Shown piece by piece: positions 39,337 through 48,288 of a stretch of DNA of 64,000 bases (its first letter is position 1; each line of letters opens with the position of its first letter). The notes beneath the pieces are model-generated. The model did no database searches and was not told where the DNA came from. It worked only from the letters and a program-made list of their open reading frames with translations. Position numbers and translations under genes: made by a program. Source of the stretch: Candidatus Omnitrophota bacterium (GTDB lineage: Bacteria > Omnitrophota > Gorgyraeia > Aquiviventales > Aquiviventaceae); assembly GCA_023247255.1 (NCBI GenBank), contig JAHFGV010000001.1:22464-86463 (forward strand), read 5' to 3'.

Positions 39337-39885
39337 TCAAGAAAGACTAACCTTCGGGGCATTGGCTTCTTCCGGGACCTCGAGCTGGAAAAAGTCTCTG
39401 GGAAGAAAATGCGTAGTTTGAGCGACCAGCGAATTTGGAAAAATCGCCAACTTCGTATTATAGTCCCGAACCACGGCATTGTAGTAGCGTCGAGCCCCTT
39501 GAAGGGCTTCTTCAACCTGAGTCAGGGATTGTTGGAGTCCTAAGAAATTCTCATTCGCCCGCAATTGAGGATAGTTTTCGGCAACGGCAAACAGGCTTTT
39601 GAGACTGCTGGTGAGCATTCCCTCGGCAGCCTCCTTGCCTTTGGGATCTTTAACCTGCATGGCCTTAGACCGCGCTTCGGTTACTTTGACGAACACCTGT
39701 TTTTCATGAGCCGCATAGCCCTTTACGGCTTCGACGACGTTCGGGATCAAATCGTAACGACGCTTTAACTGAACCCCGATATCCGACCAGGCATTGTCCG
39801 CACGCAGCCGCATCTGCACCAAGTCATTGTACACGACGACCGTCCAAATCAAAACCACGCCAATGACTATTCCCAGGATCCACAT
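39337..39885 (-). CDS. lemA: LemA family protein
   Basis: N-terminal TM then YNDLVQMRLRADNAWSDIGVQLKRRYDLIPN. Confidence 0.9.
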   Translation of the reverse strand: MWILGIVIGVVLIWTVVVYNDLVQMRLRADNAWSDIGVQLKRRYDLIPNVVEAVKGYAAHEKQVFVKVTEARSKAMQVKDPKGKEAAEGMLTSSLKSLFAVAENYPQLRANENFLGLQQSLTQVEEALQGARRYYNAVVRDYNTKLAIFPNSLVAQTTHFLPRDFFQLEVPEEANAPKVSLS

Positions 39886-39906
39886 GGTTTTCTCCTCAGT
39901 TGATAT

Positions 39907-40557
39907 TCATCGACGGTGAATCACCCCCTGTTTGGCGCAGAAACGCTCCAGAGGACATTTGCTGCACCAAGGAGAGGTGGGATGGCAGAGGTTTTGTCCA
40001 AAAGTAACCAGAAGGTCGTTGTAGATCAGCCAGTACCTTCGAGGCAGGATTTGGCGCAGAGCCATTTCCGTTTCTTGGGGGTTCTTTGTCTTGACGTAGC
40101 CCCAACGGTTGCTGATGCGATGCACGTGGGTATCCACGCAGATTCCCGGCTTGCGGAAGGCCAGTGTGACGACGAGATTCGCCGTTTTGCGCCCCACTCC
40201 CGGTAAACGGAGCAATTCATCGATATCGCTGGGAACGTTTCCTTGATAGCGCTCCAACAATAGGTGGCAGACGCTAAGGATTGTCCGGGCTTTCGTTCGA
40301 TAAAAACCCACGGGGTAGATTGCGCGCTCAATTTCTTTCGGAGAGAGTCGAAGCATGCGCTCAGGGTCGTTCGCCAACTGGAAAAGCCGCTCGGAAGCGC
40401 CATGGGTCGTCTGATCTTTGGTCCGTAAGCTGAGCAGACAACTGATCAGCGTCGTGAAGGGGTCGTGTTTATAGTAGCTCACGACCGGCTCCTCCCATTG
40501 ATGCACGAGGCGCTTTAAAATACGAATCACCTGATGAATATTACGATTCGTCACCAT
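39907..40557 (-). CDS. nth: Endonuclease III
   Basis: LPGVGRKTANLV HhH, C-x6-C-x2-C-x5-C. Confidence 0.93.
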   Translation of the reverse strand: MVTNRNIHQVIRILKRLVHQWEEPVVSYYKHDPFTTLISCLLSLRTKDQTTHGASERLFQLANDPERMLRLSPKEIERAIYPVGFYRTKARTILSVCHLLLERYQGNVPSDIDELLRLPGVGRKTANLVVTLAFRKPGICVDTHVHRISNRWGYVKTKNPQETEMALRQILPRRYWLIYNDLLVTFGQNLCHPTSPWCSKCPLERFCAKQGVIHRR

Positions 40558-40673
40558 TCGCTAGTTTTGATCACTCCAGAGTCGATGCCACCCCGCTCTG
40601 CGGGGCGGTCTGAGCCTCTCCGCGGGGTGCGGTTGCATGCCGCACCCCGAAGACACAGCGGAAGGGAAAACCT

Positions 40674-41627
40674 TCAGGTTTCCCCTCCGAGGTGACTCAT
40701 CAAGGCTCGGAGGTGTGCTTCCACGCTGGCTCCGAGGGCCTGGAGGTGGTAGCCTCCTTCGAGAACCGATACGATTCGCCCTGCGCAAAATTTCTCGGCG
40801 ATTTCTCGCACCTGGCGCGTTAAGGCAGCAAAGCCCTCTTCGGTGACAACAAGGCCTGCAAGAGGATCATCTCGGTGAGCGTCAAAACCCGCAGAGATGA
40901 GTATTAACTCTGGTTTAAAAGCCTCAGCCTTGGGAAGTAGTTCTTTGCGGAAGGCGGCGATGATTTCCCTATCCCCGCATCCAGAGGATAGGGGAACGTT
41001 GATGGTAAACCCCTTCCCTGCTCCCCGTCCGGTTTCCTCACGGCCTCCCGTTGCCGGATAGAAAGGAGCTTGATGAGTGCTGAAATAGAGAACGGAGGGA
41101 TCGTTGTAAAAAATGGCTTGGGTTCCATTCCCATGATGGACGTCCCAATCGACAATCAGGATACGACGGAGTCCATGATGACGCTCTGCGTATCGTGCCC
41201 CGATAGCAACGTTGTTGAAGAGGCAGAAACCCATCGCATGATTCGCTAGGGCGTGATGCCCCGGAGGGCGTACGGCGCAAAAGACAGACTTCGACGAGCC
41301 CTGCATCACCTCGTCGATACCCTGTGTGACAGCCCCGACGGCTCGCAAGGCAGCCTCCCAAGAACCCACAGAAGCGACGGTGTCTGGATCTAAATGCGAA
41401 GGGCCGTTTCGGCAAGCTTCTTCGATTTTATCGATATACCGAGGAGGATGAACGAGATGGAGAACTTCGGGACTAGCAAGCGGTGGTTCCAAGTGGCGTA
41501 ACTGCTCCCAAAGGTCCATTGGGCGCAGATGTTCGATGATGGCTTGGACACGCTCCATACGTTCCGGATGCCCTGCTCCTGTATCATGTTTCAAGAAGCT
41601 CGGATGAAACGCCAACCCAACCTGCAT
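40674..41627 (-). CDS. Histone deacetylase-family / acetoin utilization AcuC-like deacetylase
   Basis: RPPGHHA, DWDVHHGNGTQ. Confidence 0.9.
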   Translation of the reverse strand: MQVGLAFHPSFLKHDTGAGHPERMERVQAIIEHLRPMDLWEQLRHLEPPLASPEVLHLVHPPRYIDKIEEACRNGPSHLDPDTVASVGSWEAALRAVGAVTQGIDEVMQGSSKSVFCAVRPPGHHALANHAMGFCLFNNVAIGARYAERHHGLRRILIVDWDVHHGNGTQAIFYNDPSVLYFSTHQAPFYPATGGREETGRGAGKGFTINVPLSSGCGDREIIAAFRKELLPKAEAFKPELILISAGFDAHRDDPLAGLVVTEEGFAALTRQVREIAEKFCAGRIVSVLEGGYHLQALGASVEAHLRALMSHLGGET

Positions 41628-41656
41628 GTCTCATGTTCCTTGTCCCACGTCTGCTG

Positions 41657-42490
41657 CTATGTTCCCTGTCTCACGTCCCATATCCCATTAAATAGCTCTT
41701 TCACTTTTACTTTAACGTCAGCAGCGCTCATCAAGGCCTCTCCGATTAAGAGTGCGTGGACACCGAGTCTGTGCATGCGCTGAACATCTGTTGCCGTTTG
41801 AATACCGCTTTCAGCCACCACCGTCGTCCCCGATGGAATGCTCGGGATGAGCCGTTCCGAGAGGCGAGTATCGAGGGTAAACGTCGTCAGATCCCGATGG
41901 TTGATACCGATAATCTTGGCATCCACTCTCACGGCTCTTTTAAGTTCTTCGTCGTTGTGAATCTCAACCAAAGCATCGAGCCCTAACTCTCTGGCGAGCG
42001 CTAGATATTCCGATAACTGCCCATCACTTAAAGCACGCACGATCAAGAGAACCGCATCCGCTTGATAGAATAAAGACTCATAAAGCTGATAAGCATCGAT
42101 GATGAAGTCCTTGCGCAAAACCGGAATCTCGGTGAACTGCTTAACGTCCCTTAAGAAATCCAGATGCCCGCCAAAGAAAGGCTCATCCGTCAGAACAGAC
42201 AAGGCGGATGAGCCTGCTTCCTCGAGGCTCTGAGCGAGGCTAACAGGATCGAATCTCTCCCGAAGCATTCCTTTCGATGGTGATTTGCGCTTCAGCTCCG
42301 CAATCAAGCAGAGTCTTCCCGGCTGGTAGATTGCCTGCCGAAAATCGCGCTCCCGAGCATGCCCCCCCACCCGTTCTTTGAGTTCTTCAAGAGATACCCT
42401 TTCCTTCACGCGTGCGATCTCTTGTCTTTTCCTTTCCAGAATCTTCTCAAGCATTGTCAATCGTTCGAACACCTTTGCGTCTTCTCCCAA
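41657..42490 (-). CDS. trpC: Indole-3-glycerol phosphate synthase
   Basis: IAELKRKSPSKG, LLIVRALSD, TIM-barrel IGPS motifs. Confidence 0.92.
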   Translation of the reverse strand: MGEDAKVFERLTMLEKILERKRQEIARVKERVSLEELKERVGGHARERDFRQAIYQPGRLCLIAELKRKSPSKGMLRERFDPVSLAQSLEEAGSSALSVLTDEPFFGGHLDFLRDVKQFTEIPVLRKDFIIDAYQLYESLFYQADAVLLIVRALSDGQLSEYLALARELGLDALVEIHNDEELKRAVRVDAKIIGINHRDLTTFTLDTRLSERLIPSIPSGTTVVAESGIQTATDVQRMHRLGVHALLIGEALMSAADVKVKVKELFNGIWDVRQGT

Positions 42491-42679
42491 TTTTTGTAGA
42501 CCCCCTTAGCTTTCTCAAACCCCGCTCATTCATCTCTCATCCGTAAGTAGCGAGGAAGACTCTCTTTCTCATCATCCTGTTATCGCTTATATAGTTACAG
42601 AGACTTTCGCGTCTCGCGTTTTCATAACCTATGGCTCAAAACGTCCCGTTCGTTCATCGGCTCGGTTATTCCTGGCCGT

Positions 42680-43597
42680 TCACACTTTGGCTGTTGGCCT
42701 CACTCGTAGAGTGTCACACCTCTTCAGAAGTTCTGGATTTACCTGACCCCCGAACTTCTCAAAAAAGCTTTCGAGATGAGGCATCGCTGACCACGCTCCA
42801 TATACTTGGTCATTCTCAAGTACGATTTGGGCAATCTCGTTCGCTTCCTCCGGCGTGAAAGTAGCGAACTCCAGCAAAGCTTTTGAGCTGGCACCTGCCT
42901 GATCATACGTATGACTCGCTTTTAAAGATCGGGTGGTACACTTCTTGATAGCGCCTTTCAGTTCAGGGTACTCAGACGCTATGCCGGAAAGCAATTCAAC
43001 ACACGTAGAATGAAAAGTGACTGGATGAGTTCCTCGCAAGGAAACCGCCTGACTTACTTCCATGAAACCATATGGGTCGACATCCACTTTGATGGGAGCT
43101 ATGACCATGCCCCGTCCGACAGCTATACCAGCTTCTTGGTCTGTCCATTCTGACTCATGAAAGCGTTTTGTTAGGATCGGGATGAAAATGTTACAAACGA
43201 CTGTCAGGTGACGCAGTATCACCTTTTGCCAAGCTGCCGAGGGGCGGATATCCTCGTGTGCCACAAATGCGCTGGCACCGAACCGCTCAAAGACGCTCTT
43301 TAGTTCTTTCGCAACTTCAACATCATCATGTTTATGGCTCAAGAAAACATGGATTCTATCATAAGACAACCGTCCAACTACAGGAGGTTGGACAGCTTCT
43401 CGTTCTTCAAATCTTTCAAGTTGGTCGACTCGTTTTTCCATCGCTTTATACCAAGCGTGACGGCTATCTCCGGGTGAAATCTCGCTCAACGCAGCTGTGA
43501 TATCTGTCCTGGTATATGCCTCAATTAATCCCTTGTCTCCTGTTTGGAGGAACTTATGGAAGGCAGCTATTATAGCCAGAGTTTTGTCACTAGCCAT
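42680..43597 (-). CDS. TIR-domain protein (80-aa helical N-terminus, TIR core, ~95-aa C-terminal domain)
   Basis: IHVFLSHKHDD...AFVAHEDIRPSAAWQKVI...IFIPILTKRFHESEWTDQEAGIA matches bacterial TIR (SxxxD ... SxW..E). Confidence 0.75.
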   Translation of the reverse strand: MASDKTLAIIAAFHKFLQTGDKGLIEAYTRTDITAALSEISPGDSRHAWYKAMEKRVDQLERFEEREAVQPPVVGRLSYDRIHVFLSHKHDDVEVAKELKSVFERFGASAFVAHEDIRPSAAWQKVILRHLTVVCNIFIPILTKRFHESEWTDQEAGIAVGRGMVIAPIKVDVDPYGFMEVSQAVSLRGTHPVTFHSTCVELLSGIASEYPELKGAIKKCTTRSLKASHTYDQAGASSKALLEFATFTPEEANEIAQIVLENDQVYGAWSAMPHLESFFEKFGGQVNPELLKRCDTLRVRPTAKV

Positions 43598-43633
43598 TGG
43601 GCAACTCCATTCCTGGAAGTAAACCCTACTACT

Positions 43634-44122
43634 TTACTTCCACACGATACCCCACTTATCAAGGAAGGGTTTAAGATCTTCTCCGCGTTTATTGATATTC
43701 AAGTGCCGCTTCGTATTTGTTGAATCGTGTCGTCTGCCCCCACGACCAGGAGTTTTCACCCAACGATCGTGGTCCTCTCGTAGCCACGTATCCACTTGAG
43801 CTGTTGGTACGATGTAGAATTGGAGATTTTTCGTCTTTTCGGTCAGGTTAACGAGAATCGTGAAGTCCGCTGTCTTACCGATGTCCCGGAATATTGTGCC
43901 ATCCTGCTTAACCACCCATTGCCAGTCATCGTACTCCTCGGATTTGGTCTTGACTCGAACCCGTACCATCTGCGTTCCCTTGCTAGCAAGAATATCAACG
44001 GACGGCGTGTTTCGCGGCGCAAGGGCGGCCACGATTCCCCTTTTCAGGAGTTCTGCGACAACGTAATGCTCACCAGAATTTCCGATGAGCGAACCCTGCC
44101 CCGCTTTAATTCTGCCTTCCAT
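43634..44122 (-). CDS. Small PD-(D/E)xK nuclease-fold protein (YraN/Hjc-like core)
   Basis: GNSGEHYVVAELLKRGIVAAL...SVDILAS...VRVRVKTKS = GxxGE...D...VxVK pattern. Confidence 0.6.
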   Translation of the reverse strand: MEGRIKAGQGSLIGNSGEHYVVAELLKRGIVAALAPRNTPSVDILASKGTQMVRVRVKTKSEEYDDWQWVVKQDGTIFRDIGKTADFTILVNLTEKTKNLQFYIVPTAQVDTWLREDHDRWVKTPGRGGRRHDSTNTKRHLNINKRGEDLKPFLDKWGIVWK

Positions 44123-44156
44123 CCTGAGATTTCACCCCCTGAATTTGATAACCTAC

Positions 44157-44228
44157 TTACTTATAACCGTTTAGCTTCTTGAGAATTTCCAGCGCCATCC
44201 CTAGTAACTTACACATACGGTCAGCCAT
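44157..44228 (-). CDS. 23-aa mini-ORF, paralog of 47560-47643
   Basis: MADRMCKLLGMALEILKKLNGYK; differences from its paralog are concentrated at synonymous third positions. Confidence 0.4.
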   Translation of the reverse strand: MADRMCKLLGMALEILKKLNGYK

Positions 44229-44487
44229 AAGTAATGACCGCGAGACGCTTCTTCATCTCAGAAATGCCTGTCCCTCGGTGCCTGGCACCTTTCAGGGCGG
44301 CATCTGTCTTACCGCCATTTACCGTCCTCTTTTCTGCTTCCATTCCAACCGCTTTCGTCATCCTAGTTTTTTAACCTTTCGCTGCTCGCATGCTCGGGCT
44401 TGAAGGCCTATGGTTTGCCGTTTCTTCTTTTCGAATTAGTCCTGCTTTAATAACCTCGTATCAGGCAATGAGTTCTGTTGTTGAATG

Positions 44488-45519
44488 TTATTTCTTTGGC
44501 GTGACCGAACCTAGTAATCGCCCAATTGCTTCTGTCGGAAGCTTCTGTGCACCAAGCGTATCTTCATCGTGTGGAAGCAAGCCGGAACTACCAAAAGCCA
44601 CCACTGCTTCCACCAAGTTTGCAAGAATTAAGTCACGCTGTTCAGGAGTTTGTGCTGATACCACGAATGCCTCGATGCTATTTGCAACTCTCTGCCGATG
44701 TTTATTGAGTTGGCTCATGTGGATATGTGCCCTCAACATCCTCATAGTAAAGGTAGTAATTGCCCCAACGGCAGATAAGATTACAATTCTAAGAGCCGTC
44801 TGATAGACGGCGATGTGCCATTCAGATTCTACTGGTAGCTTGATAAAGATAAATGCGATGGCCACTCCGAAGAAAGCGATGATTGCGAACGCACTCAACC
44901 AACCCCATAGCTTTATGTCTCTCGATAGTTCAATCTGAGCTTCCTTGAATTGCCGCTGTGCTTCTTGAACAGAGATTTTAGTCGCTGTCCGTCTTGCTTT
45001 CGTCTCAATTTCCTCGGCAAGTTTCTTGGCTTCGTCTATAGCTTTCCTTGCTTCTTCCTTAAGGGATTGGATAGTTTCTGATGATTCCTTTCTGAGTGAC
45101 TCGACTGTACGCTGGTATTCTTGTCTAATACCTTCATCTTCTAGGAAACCACGCTCTATGACCGCTGCGGCAACGAACGATGGCTCTGTTCGCTTAGCTT
45201 CCTCTAAGAATGTATCAATGTCGGTCAGAAAACTTGTCCTTCGCGCGATATATTGCGAGCTAGCAGAGCCAGCCTGATTCGAGAATTGGCTGTGAATTTG
45301 CTGAAGAACGTTCGTGATCTGATTAATCGGCTCATTGTGAACCTGTGGAGCGTATTGGATTGCTAATCGGCGCAATTTAGAGAGACGCTCCAACCGCGGC
45401 TGAAGCTCCTTTTCGAGAGACTCTTCACCGAGGGATTTCCTAAGAAGCTTTTCCATGTCAACCGAATTTACAGCATCGTCGGCTTTCTTCAAATTATCAA
45501 GGTATTGCTGAGATGCCAT
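44488..45519 (-). CDS. Coiled-coil protein with two adjacent TM helices (candidate membrane effector)
   Basis: ~220 aa charged helical N-terminus, TM1 LWGWLSAFAIIAFFGVAIAFIFI, TM2 IAVYQTALRIVILSAVGAITTF, ~75 aa C-terminus. Confidence 0.6.
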   Translation of the reverse strand: MASQQYLDNLKKADDAVNSVDMEKLLRKSLGEESLEKELQPRLERLSKLRRLAIQYAPQVHNEPINQITNVLQQIHSQFSNQAGSASSQYIARRTSFLTDIDTFLEEAKRTEPSFVAAAVIERGFLEDEGIRQEYQRTVESLRKESSETIQSLKEEARKAIDEAKKLAEEIETKARRTATKISVQEAQRQFKEAQIELSRDIKLWGWLSAFAIIAFFGVAIAFIFIKLPVESEWHIAVYQTALRIVILSAVGAITTFTMRMLRAHIHMSQLNKHRQRVANSIEAFVVSAQTPEQRDLILANLVEAVVAFGSSGLLPHDEDTLGAQKLPTEAIGRLLGSVTPKK

Positions 45520-45585
45520 TTTCTACCTCCTACACGACAACATTACTGTTGCCCTTATACATATTCCCAGTCTCCACCCCACACC

Positions 45586-45918
45586 TTAAGCATTACTTGC
45601 CTCAAAACCCATGACCTTCTCGTCGTCTTTTATCTCAGTACACGGTACCACAATTGAAGCAATAAAACCCCACTTCACCAAAGCAATAGAATCAAACTCT
45701 GTTTCCTGGGGCGGTCTTCCATCTGAGAAGACGATGTGTCTTTTTATTTTTGGGATGTAAACCCAAACACCAAGATCATCGACGCCTCTAATTTGCAAAT
45801 ACTGATTTTGCAAAACAATTCCCTGTTGATCCAAACCCAATTCCTGTGGCAGTTTTACGAGACACACGATAACATTCTTGTTGAGTAAGTCCTTGCCTAT
45901 AAACCCTATTTCAGGCAT
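45586..45918 (-). CDS. Hypothetical protein (110 aa)
   Basis: ORF-track ORF in AT-rich island, no recognisable motif. Confidence 0.45.
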   Translation of the reverse strand: MPEIGFIGKDLLNKNVIVCLVKLPQELGLDQQGIVLQNQYLQIRGVDDLGVWVYIPKIKRHIVFSDGRPPQETEFDSIALVKWGFIASIVVPCTEIKDDEKVMGFEASNA

Positions 45919-45928
45919 GATGGCTCCG

Positions 45929-46135
45929 TTACTTATTTGTTCTCGTTTTTACAAATTCCTCAAGATCCTCGGGCGCAATGCGCCATCTCTTTATCTTAGT
46001 CGCACGAATCTGCTTCAGATTGATGAGCTCACGCACTCTCTCCTCAGTGAGGTCCAGCTTCTCAGCGACCTTCGCCACCGTCAGGTAATTTTTGACATCC
46101 ATAACGCGATCCTCGTTCTCAGTTCTTCGGGACAT
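45929..46135 (-). CDS. Excisionase/AlpA-like HTH DNA-binding protein
   Basis: YLTVAKVAEKLDLTEERVRELINLKQIRATKIKRWRI (HTH_17 / Xis-type). Confidence 0.7.
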   Translation of the reverse strand: MSRRTENEDRVMDVKNYLTVAKVAEKLDLTEERVRELINLKQIRATKIKRWRIAPEDLEEFVKTRTNK

Positions 46136-47420
46136 TAAACACCATGACTGTAAGAATCAATTCTCTGCTGGCATCGCTCGGTTGGTGAAACATGTACTGG
46201 AAGGAAGTCTCATGCTGTTTGACGAGTTCTCTCTTGAAGCACGAATGAGTCTTCACTATCTCGGGGACTTGCGACAAGACGGCAGAGAAATCCTGATTCT
46301 TATTAAACAGAATTACTGCAATCTTCGTATCCCGCCAGCTTGCATATCTCAAGACCTGGTCTATCGCTTCGCTCAAGCTCTTTTGTCCGTGCCAAATTTT
46401 GCATTCCGCGATGAAGACATTTTTGCCTTCATAACGGATCAAAATATCGGTCTTCCCTGAATAGTTGAAGGCTTCACCCGTCGCCAATTCGTAATGGCTG
46501 TTGAGAGGAACCAAGAACTGCCATCTGAGGGATTCCTCGTCCATCTCACGAAACGCTTTGGGGCTTCGCTCCATAACAAGTGCCATCCGGGAGATCAAAT
46601 CCAGAATGTGCCTATACTCCCCTTCTTGGAGGATCGGCTCTCTCGTTACACTACCTTCCTGAATCTTCGGGGGTTCAATCAGAGGTTTTCGCCGAACCAC
46701 AGGAACGGTGTAAGTAGCCGCATCCTGTTCTCTTCGCTTTATAGGGATTCCGAGACCCTCCACTAAGCCTTCGTCCTTCAATATCCTTTCTTTTCTCGCA
46801 ACCAAAAGTCGCCTTGCCTCACCCTCTATGAACTTGTTGTGTTCTGCGGCATCGCGGGCCATAGTCTGTAAGTAGCCCTTGATCTGACCGATATCCTGCT
46901 CCATATCCGTCTTTATTTTGTCCGTGCTCATATCCTGGGGCAGACCCCGATACCGCAAATGTATCTCATTCCCCACCACGTTACCGCGGATCCCGCTTAA
47001 AGAAAAAGAGGACGGGGTGAAATGGAATAATTGTCCATCGCCTTCAAATGGGACAGCTATGGTGACGGAAATACCCTTTACAATATGCGGTTCGTCATCA
47101 TCGATGATCGCGTAATCAACACGCCCCCTCACATCCATGTCAATGTCTTCGGCGGGATGGGCAACCTTGTTGTCATCATGCAATACTGGTGTTTCTAAGG
47201 TATATCTGCCGACCAGATACTTGCACAGTTCTTCTTCGCTAGTTTTCAGCAAGTATTCACGACCCATACGCTGAACCTCGTCTTTCAAGCCTGCTTTGAG
47301 AGACTCCAACAAATTCCGAAACTCTCCCTTTTGGTGGAACAGTAATTCGTTACCTGCCATCTCACTTCGTACCCTTTGGCGTTTATAAAACTGTCCGTGC
47401 CTGCGCATATTCATTTCCAC
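46119..47420 (-). CDS. 433-aa protein with C-terminal PD-(D/E)xK nuclease motif
   Basis: GKTDILIRYEGKNVFIAECKIWHG (D...ExK) near the C-terminus; N-terminal two-thirds unrecognised. Confidence 0.6.
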   Translation of the reverse strand: MEMNMRRHGQFYKRQRVRSEMAGNELLFHQKGEFRNLLESLKAGLKDEVQRMGREYLLKTSEEELCKYLVGRYTLETPVLHDDNKVAHPAEDIDMDVRGRVDYAIIDDDEPHIVKGISVTIAVPFEGDGQLFHFTPSSFSLSGIRGNVVGNEIHLRYRGLPQDMSTDKIKTDMEQDIGQIKGYLQTMARDAAEHNKFIEGEARRLLVARKERILKDEGLVEGLGIPIKRREQDAATYTVPVVRRKPLIEPPKIQEGSVTREPILQEGEYRHILDLISRMALVMERSPKAFREMDEESLRWQFLVPLNSHYELATGEAFNYSGKTDILIRYEGKNVFIAECKIWHGQKSLSEAIDQVLRYASWRDTKIAVILFNKNQDFSAVLSQVPEIVKTHSCFKRELVKQHETSFQYMFHQPSDASRELILTVMVFNVPKN

Positions 47421-47559
47421 ACGATTCCATATTGCTCCATATTCTACTGCCAGCCGAAAGACAAGTCACCTGAAAGCTTGTCAACAGAAGGACAGAATTG
47501 CGTGCGGAAAAAGGCGTGCTCGAAAGAGGGCAATTCACGACGGATTTTTCGTAACCAAC

Positions 47560-47643
47560 TCACTCATAACCGTTCAGCTTCTTCAGCAGCCCCAGCGCCA
47601 TCTCGCGCCAACGGCACATACGGTCAGCCGTAGGTTTGGACAT
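47560..47643 (-). CDS. 27-aa mini-ORF, paralog of 44157-44228
   Basis: MSKPTADRMCRWREMALGLLKKLNGYE. Confidence 0.4.
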   Translation of the reverse strand: MSKPTADRMCRWREMALGLLKKLNGYE

Positions 47644-47651
47644 ATACCGAC

Positions 47652-48053
47652 CTATGCATTTTTGCCTTCCTGGGGAAGCTGTCGGAACACGGCTGCAAGC
47701 TCAGCTTTGCTTATCTTACCCGACGCCACCTTCAACATGGCGTCCTTAAGGTCTCCCGCCGGATCGGTAAGACTGACATCGTTCAGTTCCAGAAAGACCA
47801 ACGCGCAGGCTAACGCCGTCCGCTTGTTGCCATCGACGAACGGGTGATTCTGACAAAGATGATACGCATAGGCAGCGGCCATCTCATAGACGTCCTGGTG
47901 GAGCCATTCACCAGCGAACGAAGCCTCAGGCTGCGCAAGCGCTGATTGGAGCAGGCCCATGTCACGCAATCCGGCCTGGCCTCCGTAGCGTCTGAGTTGG
48001 TCGGCGTGTACTTCAACAACCTCGGCCAGCGTCAGGAATTGCGGCTCGCCCAC
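47652..48053 (-). CDS. doc: Doc (Fic-family) toxin; GTG start assumed
   Basis: HPFVDGNKRTALACALVFL Fic motif; GTG at 48051-48053 sits 8 nt after the antitoxin stop, GGAG upstream. Confidence 0.8.
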   Translation of the reverse strand: MGEPQFLTLAEVVEVHADQLRRYGGQAGLRDMGLLQSALAQPEASFAGEWLHQDVYEMAAAYAYHLCQNHPFVDGNKRTALACALVFLELNDVSLTDPAGDLKDAMLKVASGKISKAELAAVFRQLPQEGKNA

Positions 48054-48060
48054 GGCCAGC

Positions 48061-48288
48061 TTACTCCGCCAATTCCTTGAGCGTCTTGCCGTGGCGCCGA
48101 TTGACGGCCTCCAGGGCAGAACGGAAACGCCGTTCCTGCGTGGCATCCCTCAGGGGCGAAATGATAAGATTTCGGCCATCGGTGGACAACTCAAGCGGAG
48201 TTTTCGTGGTAATGTGGAGCAGTTCCAGCACAGCCTTATCGATGACCAGTGCTGTGCTGTTACCATGTTGCGTCAGATGTTTCACCAT
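48061..48288 (-). CDS. AbrB/MazE-fold antitoxin
   Basis: MVKHLTQHGNSTALVIDKAVLELLHITTKTPLELSTDGRNLIISP looped-hinge helix. Confidence 0.8.
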   Translation of the reverse strand: MVKHLTQHGNSTALVIDKAVLELLHITTKTPLELSTDGRNLIISPLRDATQERRFRSALEAVNRRHGKTLKELAE

